From Chiloscyllium plagiosum (taxonomy: Eukaryota), in NCBI RefSeq assembly GCF_004010195.1, contig NC_057720.1, forward strand, positions 23,561,105-23,625,104: 64,000 nt of DNA, written 5' to 3'. A program made the position numbers and the translations under genes. The notes beneath the pieces are model-generated. The model was not told where the DNA came from. It was given only the letters and a program-made list of their open reading frames with translations, and made no database searches. Positions within the stretch are counted from its first letter, which is position 1; every line of letters starts with the position of its first letter. Shown here one piece after another: positions 12,802 to 24,829 of this stretch.

Positions 12802-13674
12802 CCTCACAGATACTCAAATCCTGGTGAAAAGTCACCGTTTCCACTTTAAAGTTTCTCATTCAGTTGACATGGTGCAATTAATTACTTTCCAACAAATGCC
12901 TGCAATTTCTTGATGCAGTCTTCAGCAGTTGAATTTTTTTTATGAAACCCCTAAACAAGCTGCAAAAACCACTCACTCACTCACTCACTCCTTAAAAGGT
13001 GTTCCCTAAACTCATGCATTCAACAGCTTTGTAAGATTTCTTTCTCTACACACCTTTAAGCCTACCCTTTCTGAAATATTACTCTTGCTAATTTCTTTTC
13101 AAATTAAAACTTTATTTCTTTTGCCTTGACTGATGTGAAAACTGGGAAACTGCGCTGCTGATTTTACTGATATCTCCTTCTCGGCTTACCTTTATCTCTG
13201 AAAAAACCTGCACACTTACTAACCTTTGAGTATTTAACTTCTGGTCTCTTATTGAAAGTAAACTTCTATCTCTGTCTTTGTTTTTCTATTTCATAGGACC
13301 CCAGTTTGTTTCTCTTCTACCCTTGTTTTTAAAACACTGAACCAATCACCTCAAGAGATTTTTTCTAATGACTTTATTTGAATGGATATAAACTTAAAAC
13401 TATACATGGTTCTGTCCACGATTAATATATCATGAGTCTTCATCACAATATCCAAGGAGGATTGCGAGATTATAATCAATGACATGATGAGCTTTGCTTA
13501 AATGTAAATCTTCTTTTCCTTTCTTTAGATATGCATGAATGACAAACTCTCACATACTTCTGATGTTTTACATCTTTAACTACAATAATGAAAAAAACTT
13601 CAATTTTTAACAATCCTACATAAAGCTGTACATCAGCAGGTAGGAAGTTTGGCAACAAAGAACTTTCACTAAGT

Positions 13675-14075
13675 AGAGAATAGAATATAGAATATCCTTT
13701 ATTGTCACGTGTACTCCAGTACAGCAGTGCAGAGAAAGGTTTTTACAATGGCTGTCTTCTAATCTTAGGAAAAAGTACAAATCTTGGATACAAAAGAGAA
13801 ATAAAAGGAAAAGTAGTAGCATTAATTACAGGTCTAATAAAAAAGTTAGAAATAAGATAGTTATAACATAGTTAAAGGATTGACATTGCAGTCTGGTAAA
13901 GAATTTCAAATAGCAGCAGTTCAGCACGTGGTCTGACCACCCATGCCAGGCCCCTGTCCAACAACTCTCTCGCTCCACTCAAAGCCTCCAATCCACTCCA
14001 CACTGGCACTCAGCTACAGCAAGGTAAGCCACGCTGCTCAAGGGCTCATGCTGCTCTGGGTAACTGTGAGTTTGC
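13675..14075 (-). mobile_element. Rex1-tailed retroposon fragment
   Basis: Antisense tail TTTATTGTCACGTGTAC with AGAAT-like repeats; homologous to 18936-19200. Confidence 0.6.
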
Positions 14076-14984
14076 ATTGAGGAAACAACCCCAGTAAATT
14101 AATAATATCAGACATTAAATGCACAAAATTATTGGAAAGCAAACTACCTCTTTCCATGAAAAGAAACATGTTGCTCCCTGTTGGCATAGTTTTCTAAAAT
14201 AGAGTTTATAAGAATATCAAAAACAGAAGTAATTGTAGGCTTTACCATCCATCAAGCCTGTTGCATCATTCAATAATAATCTAGGTAGAACTTCAACCTC
14301 TGCGTCATTTTCCCAGGGTATTCCCATTTTACTAATTTCATTTAAATTATCATAATTCGTCCTAAATCTATCAAACTCAGTCTTGGATTAAATTATTGAC
14401 ACTGCATCCACAGTCCTTTGGGATAGAGAATTCAAATTGAGTGAAGAAATTATGTCAGAGGAACACTATTTCCTTCCTTGCATTGTAATTTGCCTCAATA
14501 TTCCCAGTTTAGGGAGAAGAAAGGCAACTAACTGTCACAGAAAGGCCCAACTGGAAGTCTCATCATTAACCTATCAAAACTGTAAAGCCTCACATTTCAG
14601 TTACTTGAAATTAAATACCTTTTAAATGCCAGGCATGATGTGATACATTGCTGGTAGAGGATCCTTCGGACTTTGAGATTTCTGACACAACTATTTGCGA
14701 TAAGGCTACATTTAGACTGAGGTCATATAGATTGCTATTTCAAATTTCATTTTATAAAAAAAGGAATTATACAGCATTTTCATAATATATTTGCAATCAA
14801 ACGGGTTTGACCACAAATGTGTTTATCATTTCACAGACAGTACCTGATCTGATGAGTGCTTTCATGATTTGCTGTTTTTGTTTCAGATCTTGAAGTCCCT
14901 GTCAATGTATTCAGCCAGCTATTTACCTCATTGGCCTCAAATGCAATAGAATTTTTAAAAAAGTCAATATGCCATAAATAAAAG

Positions 14985-15440
14985 TGGCATAAATATGTGA
15001 CTATTAAAGTCCTGTGGAGAAACTCAGAAAGACCAGTGAAGTTGAGCTTTTCTTCTTGCAGAAGAGAAGGTTAACAGGACGTTTAATAAAAATACTCAAA
15101 GTCATGGATGGGTTGTAGAGAGTAAATAAAGGAAAACTATTTCCGGTGACAGAAGGGTCAGTAATCAAAGGACAGAGATTCAACATAATTGTCAAAATAT
15201 CCAGAGGAAAGATGAGAATTGTTTTGTGTAGTGAGCTGTTATGTATTGCCTGAAAGGATGGCAGGAGTAAATGTGAAATTTCACTCAGGAATGGAATTAA
15301 ATGATTGAAGGGGAAAACTTGTAAGGTTATGGGAAAAGGAAAGGAAAGAAAGCAAGAATAATTGGATCCTACAAAGAACTAGTCCAGGCACTGTCGACTG
15401 AATCTTCTCATTTCTTGCAATATCATTCCATGACTTTATG
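14985..15440 (+). mobile_element. Degenerate CR1 LINE 3' fragment
   Basis: Remnant LFFLQKRRLTG and KGKLFPVTEGSVIKGQRF, typical CR1 ORF2 C-terminus. Confidence 0.7.
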
Positions 15441-15729
15441 AAACGAGGGTCATTCTAACCACAGTGCTGTCCTGTCCCTTAAGGCAGGATAGTATAATCA
15501 CTAAACTTGTAAATGATATGCAAATATGACTGTTAGCAGCTTGAGTTTTGCATTCACTGCTTGTAATCTAATCCTCTCAGCGTGATTACTGTCACGTAAT
15601 GAAGATATAACCATAACTTATTCGGATAATATATTCTTTAATTGCCAGCATTAGTCTGTGTGTGGAAGAAATGCAACACAGTTTTAAACAAAATTACTAT
15701 ACAATTTCACAAACTTCAAAGATTAAGGG

Positions 15730-16700
15730 CCCAATTTTCAAAGCCCTGTCTGAATGTAAAATTTAATTTGTGCTTCTGGGATTGCAAGCATAAGGAGCAG
15801 AGGATGCACTCTCAGGAGCTGACAAAGAAACCATCCTTCACTCCTCGCTTGGCTGCAGCCCATTCATGTCTGGTGACTCACTATGTGCTGATCCCAATTC
15901 TATAACAGGCTCTAAGATGGATGCAGTCCCAGTAGATGAGCCAGTAGCTGTGAGTGTCAGATCAAGTGATGGAGCCTTTTCATCTGTGCTGTTTGATGTT
16001 CCTCTCTTTGTTTTTTCCAAGGCTGTTGTGATAGGTGGCAGTACTTGAGTGTCTGAAAACAGGAAATCAGAGAATGAAGTTGGGGGTGAAGGAAGGAGAC
16101 AATTATTGGGAAGCAAGAGGTCCACGGCCATATCGATTGTACATTGCATATTATGGCAGAGTGAGGGCAAACAGTGGCTTGCAAAAAGATATAAGGCAGG
16201 AATATAAGGTCATCATCCATATTTTCAGCAATGGCAGATAATGCCATTCCCCATGATGCTGAGTGCCACATCCTTCATCAAGGTCATGACATGCAGGGTG
16301 TTCTTTCACACTGCCCATTCAACTCTCGCCCCTTCTGTTGTGTACTACCTTGCCCTGCCTGATAGAATGCCAGTGTACATGTAGCACTGTGTTTGGACAT
16401 TGTTCTTGTTATTGCTGATTAGCTGGAAACATGCGAAGTTAGTGAGAGGTGAGGCAAGCCTGGCGTTGAGAGAAGTGTGAGGGTGTGCTGAAATAATTGG
16501 CTGTTAGGCATATGTTCTAAGTACATGGTTGGGAGTACTGATGGTGCACTGAACATGCTGAGAGGCTGGTGATCAGCTGAGTAGGAGATGCCATGTGAAA
16601 ATGCATTGCATGACATTGGCCATCTGTATGGGGCCATTAGGTTTCTTGTGATACTGTCATCAGCTCTTCAGACCCTGATACTGAGAAATACCTCCTAGAG
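15730..16700 (-). pseudogene. Decayed Harbinger/PIF Myb/SANT-like gene (spliced exons)
   Basis: Frameshifted KVVHNRRGES*MG..LHVMTLMKDVALSIMG/MALSAIAENMDDD, then acceptor TTCCTGTTTTCAG and an S/T-rich exon (ORF 15838-16170); pattern of the shark Harbinger accessory ORF. Confidence 0.6.
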
Positions 16701-17354
16701 AACCAGGACAACTCTCTTCCTTCATTAATGCTACATGTGCTTTGTCCATCACTCTGTAGCCCTCAATTTTCCCACATTTAAATTCCATCACCATTAAGTG
16801 TCATTTCCCTGGCAAAGAGACAGCCTGCTTTTAAGAAGAACAGGCTGGCTGAGCTATGCACTGTTTGCACAATACTGTTTGGTCTTTGCCAAATACAGAG
16901 GGACCTGACATCTGAAAAGAAAATGAACCAAATGAGATGCACTTTGACACATTCTACAAGAAGATACAGCCAATGTGCTTGCTGTTCACTTTGTTCAGAA
17001 CCAGGGCAGGCAGGTTGTGAATGAAGCCTTTGTACACGAAAAAAACTAGGACGCACAAATTTCTACTCCAAAGCATGAGACAAGTGCACCAACGCCATTC
17101 CTACTTTTTGTCCAAGAAAGGAGAATAATTCAAAAAGTATCAGAAAATGAAACAAAACAGATCTGCTGATTTAGATTGCTTCAGATTTCCAGTACCTACC
17201 GCATCTTTCCTTTATTGGGATATCATTGCTAGTATTTCTGGATCTCGAACGTTTCTCATGTCTGTCCTTTTGTGATGTAGCAGACTTAATGTAGAAACAT
17301 GACATTCAATCCCTAATCAATCTCACTTGATTGGCAGCACATCCATAAACAATC

Positions 17355-17700
17355 AGTCACTCCACCACTGTGACTCAGTAACAGCAGTGTGTACCATCTA
17401 CGAGATGCGCTGCAGAAATTCACCAAAGCTCTTTAGACAGCACCTTCGAAATCCATGACTATTTCCATCTAGAAGGACAATGGCAGCAGGTTTATGGAAA
17501 CATCATCACCTGCATGTTCCACTCCAAACCACTTTCTATTTTTACTTGGAAATATATCACCGTTATCTCAGTGTCGTTGGGTCAAAATCCGAAAATTCAA
17601 TCTTTAACAGCATAGTAAATAGTGGTTCAAGGATGCAGCTCTCCACAACTTTTTCAAGGACAGCCATGGATGGACAATAAATGCTGGCCCATAAAAAAAG
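17355..17700 (+). mobile_element. L2/CR1-group LINE 3' fragment (tail partner of the SlmI-like SINE)
   Basis: TGTACCATCTACGAGATGCGCTGCAG..GGATGGACAATAAATGCTGGCC tail. Confidence 0.65.
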
Positions 17701-17752
17701 GGAATAAAAAGAAAGATTGTATCCAATGCCTTATGAGAATTGAATCTGATTT

Positions 17753-18110
17753 TTGATTTATTCATTCACATGATATGGGCATCACTGGTGAAGTCAGCAT
17801 TTATTTCCCACCCCTAATTGCCCAGAGGGCAGTTAAGAGTCAACCACATTGCTATGGACCTGGAGTCACATGCAGGCCACACCAGGTAAGGATGGCAGTT
17901 TCCTGCCATAAAGGATATTAGTGAACCAGATGGGTTTTGCCCAATGATTGGCAGTGGCTTTATGGTCAGCATTAGTTGCTCATTTCCAGAATTTTTATTG
18001 AATACAAAAATGCACCAACAGCTGTGACATATTAGAACCCAAGTTCCCCAGAACGTTACTTGTGTCTCTAGCTTAACAGTCCAGCAATAGTACTACTAGG
18101 CCATTGCTTC
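17753..18110 (-). mobile_element. SlmI-like tRNA SINE
   Basis: Reverse complement homologous to 4205-4550. Confidence 0.75.
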
Positions 18111-18140
18111 CACTTAGATGGCAGAGTTGATTGATTGGCA

Positions 18141-18396
18141 AGAAAAGGTGAGGACTGCAGATGCTGGTGATCAGAGTCAAAAAGTGTGGTGCTGGAAAAG
18201 CACAGCCGGTCAGGCAGCATCCAAGAAGCAGGAGAGTCGACGTTTCGAGTATAAGCTCTTCATCAGGAGTCACGTTCTCGCTCCTGCTCCTTGGATGCTG
18301 CCTACCGGCTGTGATTTTCCAGCACTACACTTTTGTCTCTGAACGTCAGCATCTGCAGTCTTCACTTTCTCTTGTCAATCAATCAACTTTTTAATT
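18141..18396. mobile_element. Penelope-derived fold-back insertion (family A) with a minus-strand hammerhead at 18239-18266
   Basis: Long inverted arms; TSD TTGATTGATTGGCA at 18127-18140 and 18397-18410; minus strand reads CTGATGAAGAGCTTATACTCGAAACGTC. Confidence 0.85.
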
Positions 18397-18935
18397 TTGA
18401 TTGATTGGCAGGTTCATTACACTTGACCAAAATAAAATCAATTGTTAGAAGAAATTATATCAGCTTGATGTGCAGAAAAACTAAACAGCATATACCTGTA
18501 AAATAAATTTAAGAATAAATAGAATCAAGAGTGTCTCAAAACATTTGAATAAACAAGTAGACTAAAGAATTTACTTATGTATGCTAGATGATCTATTCAA
18601 AATGTTTAAGATACCTGTGTATTTATTGATACCAGCTAATTTAATGCTTTTAATAAATATTGAAAAAAACGTGAAAAGAAATAATTGACCTTCCTCAGAA
18701 CAATATCAGTAAGCACCTTCCCTTACATCCAGTTTTATCTCCAGTCAATTGTGGATTTGTTGATAGCTCTCTAATTTAGTAGGCATTGGTACAAGTATCA
18801 CCACTGTGACTTGGGTGCAACATCTTAGCTGGCACTCCAAAGTATTATATGCTAAACCAAGACTTTATCTGTCCTCTTCCATGGACGTAAAAGATTTTAT
18901 AACACTATTTGAAGAAGGAAAAGGAAATTCTTCTT

Positions 18936-19760
18936 AGATTGAGATTTAATTGTCACGTGTATTCAAGCACAGAAGTACAGGAGTACAGTGAAAAGTGTAC
19001 AATGTTACCACACATGACTCCATCTTGGGAACAAAGGTACCCGGGTACAAAAAAACGTAGGTAAAGTTGTAAAAGAGAGTAACAAAGTTAAAAAGTTAAG
19101 CATTACAGACCACTATAGTAGAAGTAGAAAAATAAAGAAATTAGGTGATAATTAACACTAAAGTCCTTCTTAATATAAACTAGAAAAATAAAGAAATTAA
19201 GTTAAACATTCAAGAGACTTTCTTGAGTGAGTAGCCATAATGGGACACCAATCTCCTTCAATTACCTCAGTCTCTGGGAGACCTCAAGTGCCTATTCAGG
19301 CACCGTCGCTGGAGATACAACGGATCCTCCCTCACCGCTTGCTCTTCCCATGTTGGGCTCGACTCCAAACGACAAAGTCCATGCTCAGGACCTGACAAAG
19401 CCACGATGCTATCACTGCCGCTGCTGCCACTGAAGCTGCCACCCCCAATCACCTCCTGCTGCTTCTAGAACCTTCCCAGGAATGCCCCGCTGGCAGCCTC
19501 TGTTCGCTGGGCCCCACTCTCACTGCCAGCCCCTTCTGGCTGCCTCTGCTAATCTCTCTGTCAGCCAACCAAGCTGCCTGTTCATGCTGTTCAATTCCTC
19601 AATGCTTTACAAACTCACATAAGGTAAATAGAGTAGAGGAGGATAGAAAAAAGTTAAAAAGAGAAGTAAAAGGAGAAGTAAAAGCAAAGTAAGAGTGGAT
19701 GGAGCAGGGGTCTAGGCAGGAGCCTGCATACTGTGCTCCTACTCTGTTGCCATCTTGGTT
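18936..19760 (-). mobile_element. Non-autonomous Rex1-tailed retroposon, apparently full length
   Basis: Minus strand starts CCAAGATGGC (common non-LTR 5' motif) and ends CACGTGACAATTAAATCTCAATCT; no long ORF. Confidence 0.6.
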
Positions 19761-19989
19761 TTGTTAAATCTAAATCTATTAGATCACCCAGTGTGCATGT
19801 GCAAGTTCATTGGGCTCCCTGCTATTTAAATTTTATTGCGACACTTTTTGTGCTATTTATTCTTAAATTTATTTCACAAAATGCTGTTTGGTTTTTCTGC
19901 ACCACAAGCTGATTTCATTCGTTCTAAGGATTCATTTTATTTTGCTCAAGTATAATGATTCTGTTAATCAATCAATTCTACCATCCAAG

Positions 19990-20215
19990 GGTAAATCATA
20001 GCCCAGTGGTATAGTCACTGGATTGCTAATATGATAACCCTGGTAATATTCTGGGGGATCCAGGATTCAAATCCCACAACAGACGGTGGATTTTTGAATT
20101 TCAATAAAAGTTAGGAAATAAGCAACTCATGAAGCCATTGCAATTGTTGGGCAAAACTCATCTGGTTCACTAATCCCTTCTAGGGAAGGAAAATGCTGTC
20201 CTCATCTGGTCATCT
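19990..20215 (+). mobile_element. SlmI-like tRNA SINE, partial
   Basis: Head AGCCCAGTGGTATAGTCACTGG, core CATCTGGTTCACTAATCCCTTCTAGGGAAGGAAA. Confidence 0.7.
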
Positions 20216-20251
20216 GAGTGTTCAAACCAATAGATGTGCCACAACTAAAAT

Positions 20252-21844
20252 TAAGACTAAAATTGGGCCCTTGAACTCAGAAACAGGGGAATATATTACG
20301 GGGAACAAAGAAATGGCAGAAGAATTGAATTGGTACTTCAGATCTGTGTTCACTGGGGAAGACACAAGCAATCTCCCTGAGGTAACAGTGGCTGAACTGA
20401 AGGGAATTTATATTTGCCAGGAATTGGTGTGGAGAGACTGTTAGGTCTGAAGGCTGATAAGTCCCCGGGGCCTGATGGTCTACATCCCAGGTACTGACGG
20501 AAGTGGCTCGAGAAATCGTGGATGCGTTGGTGATTATTTTCCAGAGTTCGATAGATCCAGGATCAGTTCCTGCGGATTGGAGGGTGGCTAATGTTGTACC
20601 ACTTTTTAAGAAAGATTGGAGAGAGAAAGCAGGAAATTATAGACCAGTTAGTCTGACCTCAGTGGTGGGAAAGATGCTGGAGTATATTATAAAGGATGAA
20701 GTGACGACACATTTGGATAGTAGTAACAGGATAGGTCAGAGTCAGCATGGATTTATGAAGGGGAAATCATACTTGACTAATCTTCTGGAATTTTTNNNNN
20801 NNNNNNNNNNNNNNNNNNNNNNNNNNNNNNNNNNNNNNNNNNNNNNNNNNNNNNNNNNNNNNNNNNNNNNNNNNNNNNNNNNNNNNNNNNNNNNNNNNNN
20901 NNNNNNNNNNNNNNNNNNNNNNNNNNNNNNNNNNNNNNNNNNNNNNNNNNNNNNNNNNNNNNNNNNNNNNNNNNNNNNNNNNNNNNNNNNNNNNNNNNNN
21001 NNNNNNNNNNNNNNNNNNNNNNNNNNNNNNNNNNNNNNNNNNNNNNNNNNNNNNNNNNNNNNNNNNNNNNNNNNNNNNNNNNNNNNNNNNNNNNNNNNNN
21101 NNNNNNNNNNNNNNNNNNNNNNNNNNNNNNNNNNNNNNNNNNNNNNNNNNNNNNNNNNNNNNNNNNNNNNNNNNNNNNNNNNNNNNNNNNNNNNNNNNNN
21201 NNNNNNNNNNNNNNNNNNNNNNNNNNNNNNNNNNNNNNNNNNNNNNNNNNNNNNNNNNNNNNNNNNNNNNNNNNNNNNNNNNNNNNNNNNNNNNNNNNNN
21301 NNNNNNNNNNNNNNNNNNNNNNNNNNNNNNNNNNNNNNNNNNNNNNNNNNTGCAGAGTAGGTTCACGAGGTCAATTCCTGGAATGGCAGGATTACCTTAC
21401 ACTGAAAGACTGGAGCGACTGGGCTTGTATACCTTTGAGTTTAGAAGACTGAGAGGGGATCTGATTGAGACATCTAAGATTATTAAAGGATTGGAGACTC
21501 TGGAGGCAGGAAACATGCTTCCGCTGATGGGTGAGTGCCGAACCAGAGGACACAGCTTAACAATATGGGGTAGACCATTTAGGACAGAGATGAGGAGAAA
21601 CTTCTTCACCCAGAGAGTGGTGGCTGTGTGGAATGCTCTGCCCCAGAGGGCAGTGGAGGCCCAGTCTCTGGATTCATTTAAGAAAGAGTTGGATAGAGCA
21701 CTCAAGGATTGTGGAATCAAGGGTTATGGAGATAAGGCAGGAACAGGATATTGATTAAGGATGATCAGCCATGATCATATTGAATGGTGGTGCAGGCTCG
21801 AAGGGCAGAATAGCCTACTCCTGCACCTATTGTCTATTGTCTAT
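20252..21844 (+). mobile_element. 5'-truncated CR1 LINE spanning an assembly gap
   Basis: KSPGPDGLHP, WRVANVVPLFKK, NYRPVSLTSVVGK, QHGFMKGKS, C-terminal RRLRGDLIE..WNALP, (CTATTGT)n tail; possible TSD AACTAAAATT/AACCAAAATT. Confidence 0.95.
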
Positions 21845-22515
21845 AACCAAAATTGCTAAAGGAGATTATCTGGTCTTTATCTCATGCTTGTGAGATCCTG
21901 CAGTCTGCAAGTTGGTTCCTGATGTTTCTGTGTCGTAGCAATGATTACATTTTCAAAGTAACTCAGTGCTGATAAAGTATTCTGCGACATCTGATGGCAT
22001 GATGGCTTCTGTACAATTTCAAACTTGGTATTTTTGATACCTTAGATTTTACTGGGATACTTCACCAACTGACAAGCTGAACACCCCTGCAATTCTTGCA
22101 AATGAGTCTTAATTAAGTTTCATTCTAACTATTATGGAATAATTTCAGTCTTAAGTCTAGTTTTAAGACTTGGCCTTATCTCATTCCGCACTCCCATTGT
22201 ATAAGATTTTCATCAAAATGACTATGGGTATATGATCAGCTCTAAATTTGTATGAGGATTCAGGATTACATTTTTGAATCCTTGCACAATGGGTAGTGTG
22301 AACATTTAAAACAGATCTGAAAACATCGTAAATCAAACTTTAATATAAATAATTAATTTTTCAATTCATGCTTGTTCCTCTCAGACACGACACTCAGAGG
22401 TTATTATTTTGTTCAACATTAAGGTATTTTTTCAAAATTCATGATTACAAGGGTAACATTAATCAAAGAATACTACTTAAAAGCATTTTCATGTAATTTA
22501 TTTGAGTGACATAAG

Positions 22516-23060
22516 CCATAGAATCATAGAGATGTAAGCATGGAAACAGAGCCTTCGGTCCAACCCGTCCATACCGACTAGATATCCCAACCCAGTCCAG
22601 TCCCACCTGCCAGCACCTGGCCCATATCCCTCCAAACGCTTCCTATTCATATACCCATCCAAATGCCTCTTAAATGTTGCAAGCCTCCACCACTTCCTCT
22701 GGCAGCTCATTCCATATCCGTACCACCCTCTGTGTGAAAAAGTTGCCCCTTAAGTCTCTTTTATAACTTTCCCCTCTCACCATACACCTATGCCCTCTAG
22801 TTCTGGACTCACTGACCCCAGGGAAAAGACCTTGTCTATTTACCCAACCATGCCCCTCATAATTTTGTAAACATCTATAAGGTCACCCCTCAGCCTCTGA
22901 CAATCCAGGGAAAATAGCCCCAGCCTGTTCAGCCTCTCCCTATAGCTCAAATCCTCCAACCCTGGCAACATCCTTGTAAATCTTTTCTGAATCCTTTTAA
23001 GTTTCACAACAGCTTTCAAATAGGAAGGAGACCAGAATTGCACACAACATTTCAACAGTA
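22516..23060 (-). mobile_element. CR1 (HER1-like) LINE 3' fragment
   Basis: CCVQFWSPSY..IQKRFTRMLPGLEDLSYRERLNRLGLFSL; same family as 2476-3177. Confidence 0.95.
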
Positions 23061-23238
23061 GTTCAGTACTTTTAATACTTTTGCAAACCATTGTGCTGTT
23101 TGGGATATTATATAATTTAAAGCCACGCTAAAACTGTACTTTTCACAAATTTCATGTAGTCATATATGCCTTCAATATATATTTTGTACGATATAGTGAA
23201 AATATAAGAGTCAACATGTCGGCTTTTAAATATGATAT

Positions 23239-23556
23239 GGGCGGCACAGTAGCACAGTGGTTAGCACTGCTGCTTCACAGCGCCAGAGACCTGGGTTCAA
23301 TTCCCGCCTCAGGCGACTCTCTGTGTGGAGTTTGCACATTCTCCCCATGTCTGCGTGGGTTTCCTCTGGGTGCTCCGGTTTCCTCCCACAATCCAAAAAT
23401 GTGCAGGTTAGGTGAATTGGCCATGCTAAATTGCCCGTAGTGTTTGGTGAACGGGTAAACGTAGCAGAATGGGTCTGGGTGGGTTACGCTTCGGCGGGTC
23501 GGTGTGGACTTGTTGGGCCGAAGGGCCTGTTTCCACACTATAAGTAATCTAATCTA
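23239..23556 (+). mobile_element. HE1 V-SINE, full length
   Basis: tRNA head with A/B boxes (GGCACAGTAGCACAGTGGTTAGC; GGTTCAATTCCC), V-domain, CR1-derived tail GGGCCGAAGGGCCTGTTTCCACACT and (AATCT)n. Confidence 0.92.
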
Positions 23557-23923
23557 ATAACAAATAAGATATGATACTTCTCTAATATTGCCATCTAACA
23601 TTTAAGCAACAATTCATGCTAATTGTATAAACTAGCAACATAACCTTTGCAATGACATTAGGGATAGTAAACTCTATATCTTAAACTTGCTTATCTTACC
23701 TCCTGAGAGCCATAGACTGACATAAATCCTGTGTTATCTCAAAAACAAAATGAGTAAGAATGAATGCGTCTTTCGTGGGTGAAAATATGATGAACTTCTT
23801 TTATTAGTTCATGGGATGTGGACATTGCTGGCTTGGTCATTCTATTGACTACTCCCCATCCCTAACCGTCCTTGAGAAGGTGGAGGTGAGTCCACAGCGT
23901 TGTTAGAAAGGGTGTTCCACAAT

Positions 23924-24716
23924 CAAAAGTGTGATGCTGAAAAAGCACAGCCGGTCAGGGAGCATCCATGGAGCAGGAGAGTCGATGTTTTGAGCATAAG
24001 TTCTTCATCAGAAATGTGGGGGAGGCCCAAGGGGGCTGAGAGATAAATGGGAGGAGGGATTGGGGCTGGGGCGAAGTTAGTTAGGAATGCGAACGGTCGA
24101 TGAAGGTTGGAGGTGATAATGATAAGTCGGAGTGAAGGGTGGAATGGATAGGTGGGCAAGAAGATGGACAGGTGGGACAGTTCAAGAAGGTGGTGCCAGA
24201 TTGGAAGGTTGGATCTGGGATAAGTTGGGGGGAGAGGAGATGAGGAAACTAGTGAAACCAACATTGATCCCATGTTGTTGGAGGGTCCCAAGGTGGAAGA
24301 TGAGGCATTATTCCTCCAGGCATCAGGTAGCTAGAATCTGGCGGTGGAGGAGGCCCAAAACTTGCATGTCCTTGGTGGAGTGGGAGGGGGAGTTCAAGTG
24401 TTTGGCCAGAGGGTGGTGAGGTTGTTTAGTGTATGTATCCCAGAGATATTCTCTAATATCTTCTACAAGTTGGCATCCTGTCTCCCCAGTGTAGAAGAGA
24501 CCACATCGGAAGCAATGGACACAGTAGATGAGGTGCAGGAAAATTTCTGTTGGGTGTGGAAGGATCCTTTGTGGCCGTGGATGGAGGTGGTGTGGGTGTA
24601 GGTTTTACATCTCTTGCAGTGGTAAGAGAAGGTGCCGGGAGTGGAGGGCGGATCAGTGGGGGGGTGAATCTAACAAGGGAGTCATGGAGAGAATGGTCTC
24701 TGCGGAACACAAATAA
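23924..24716 (-). mobile_element. 5'-truncated Penelope-like element with GIY-YIG endonuclease remnant
   Basis: LIYCVHCFRCGLFYTGETGCQL at about 24470-24530; pLTR with decayed hammerhead at about 23983-24011; TSD GTGTTCCA(C/A)AAT at 23912-23923 and 24717-24728. Confidence 0.9.
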
Positions 24717-24829
24717 GTGTTCCAAAATGTTGACCCATCAATAGGGACAGAAAGTTGATAGTTCCAGGTCAGGGTGGAGTGTGGTTAGGAAGGGAACTTA
24801 CAGATTGTGGTATAACAATGTCCTTCTAT

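Noticed and set aside
13529..13640. Plus-strand segment with strong acceptor and donor
   Set aside because: Stops in all frames.
15838..16170. 110-aa ORF with a good splice acceptor as a possible host gene last exon
   Set aside because: The upstream exon is a frameshifted, stop-containing Harbinger Myb/SANT remnant, so it is treated as TE-derived.
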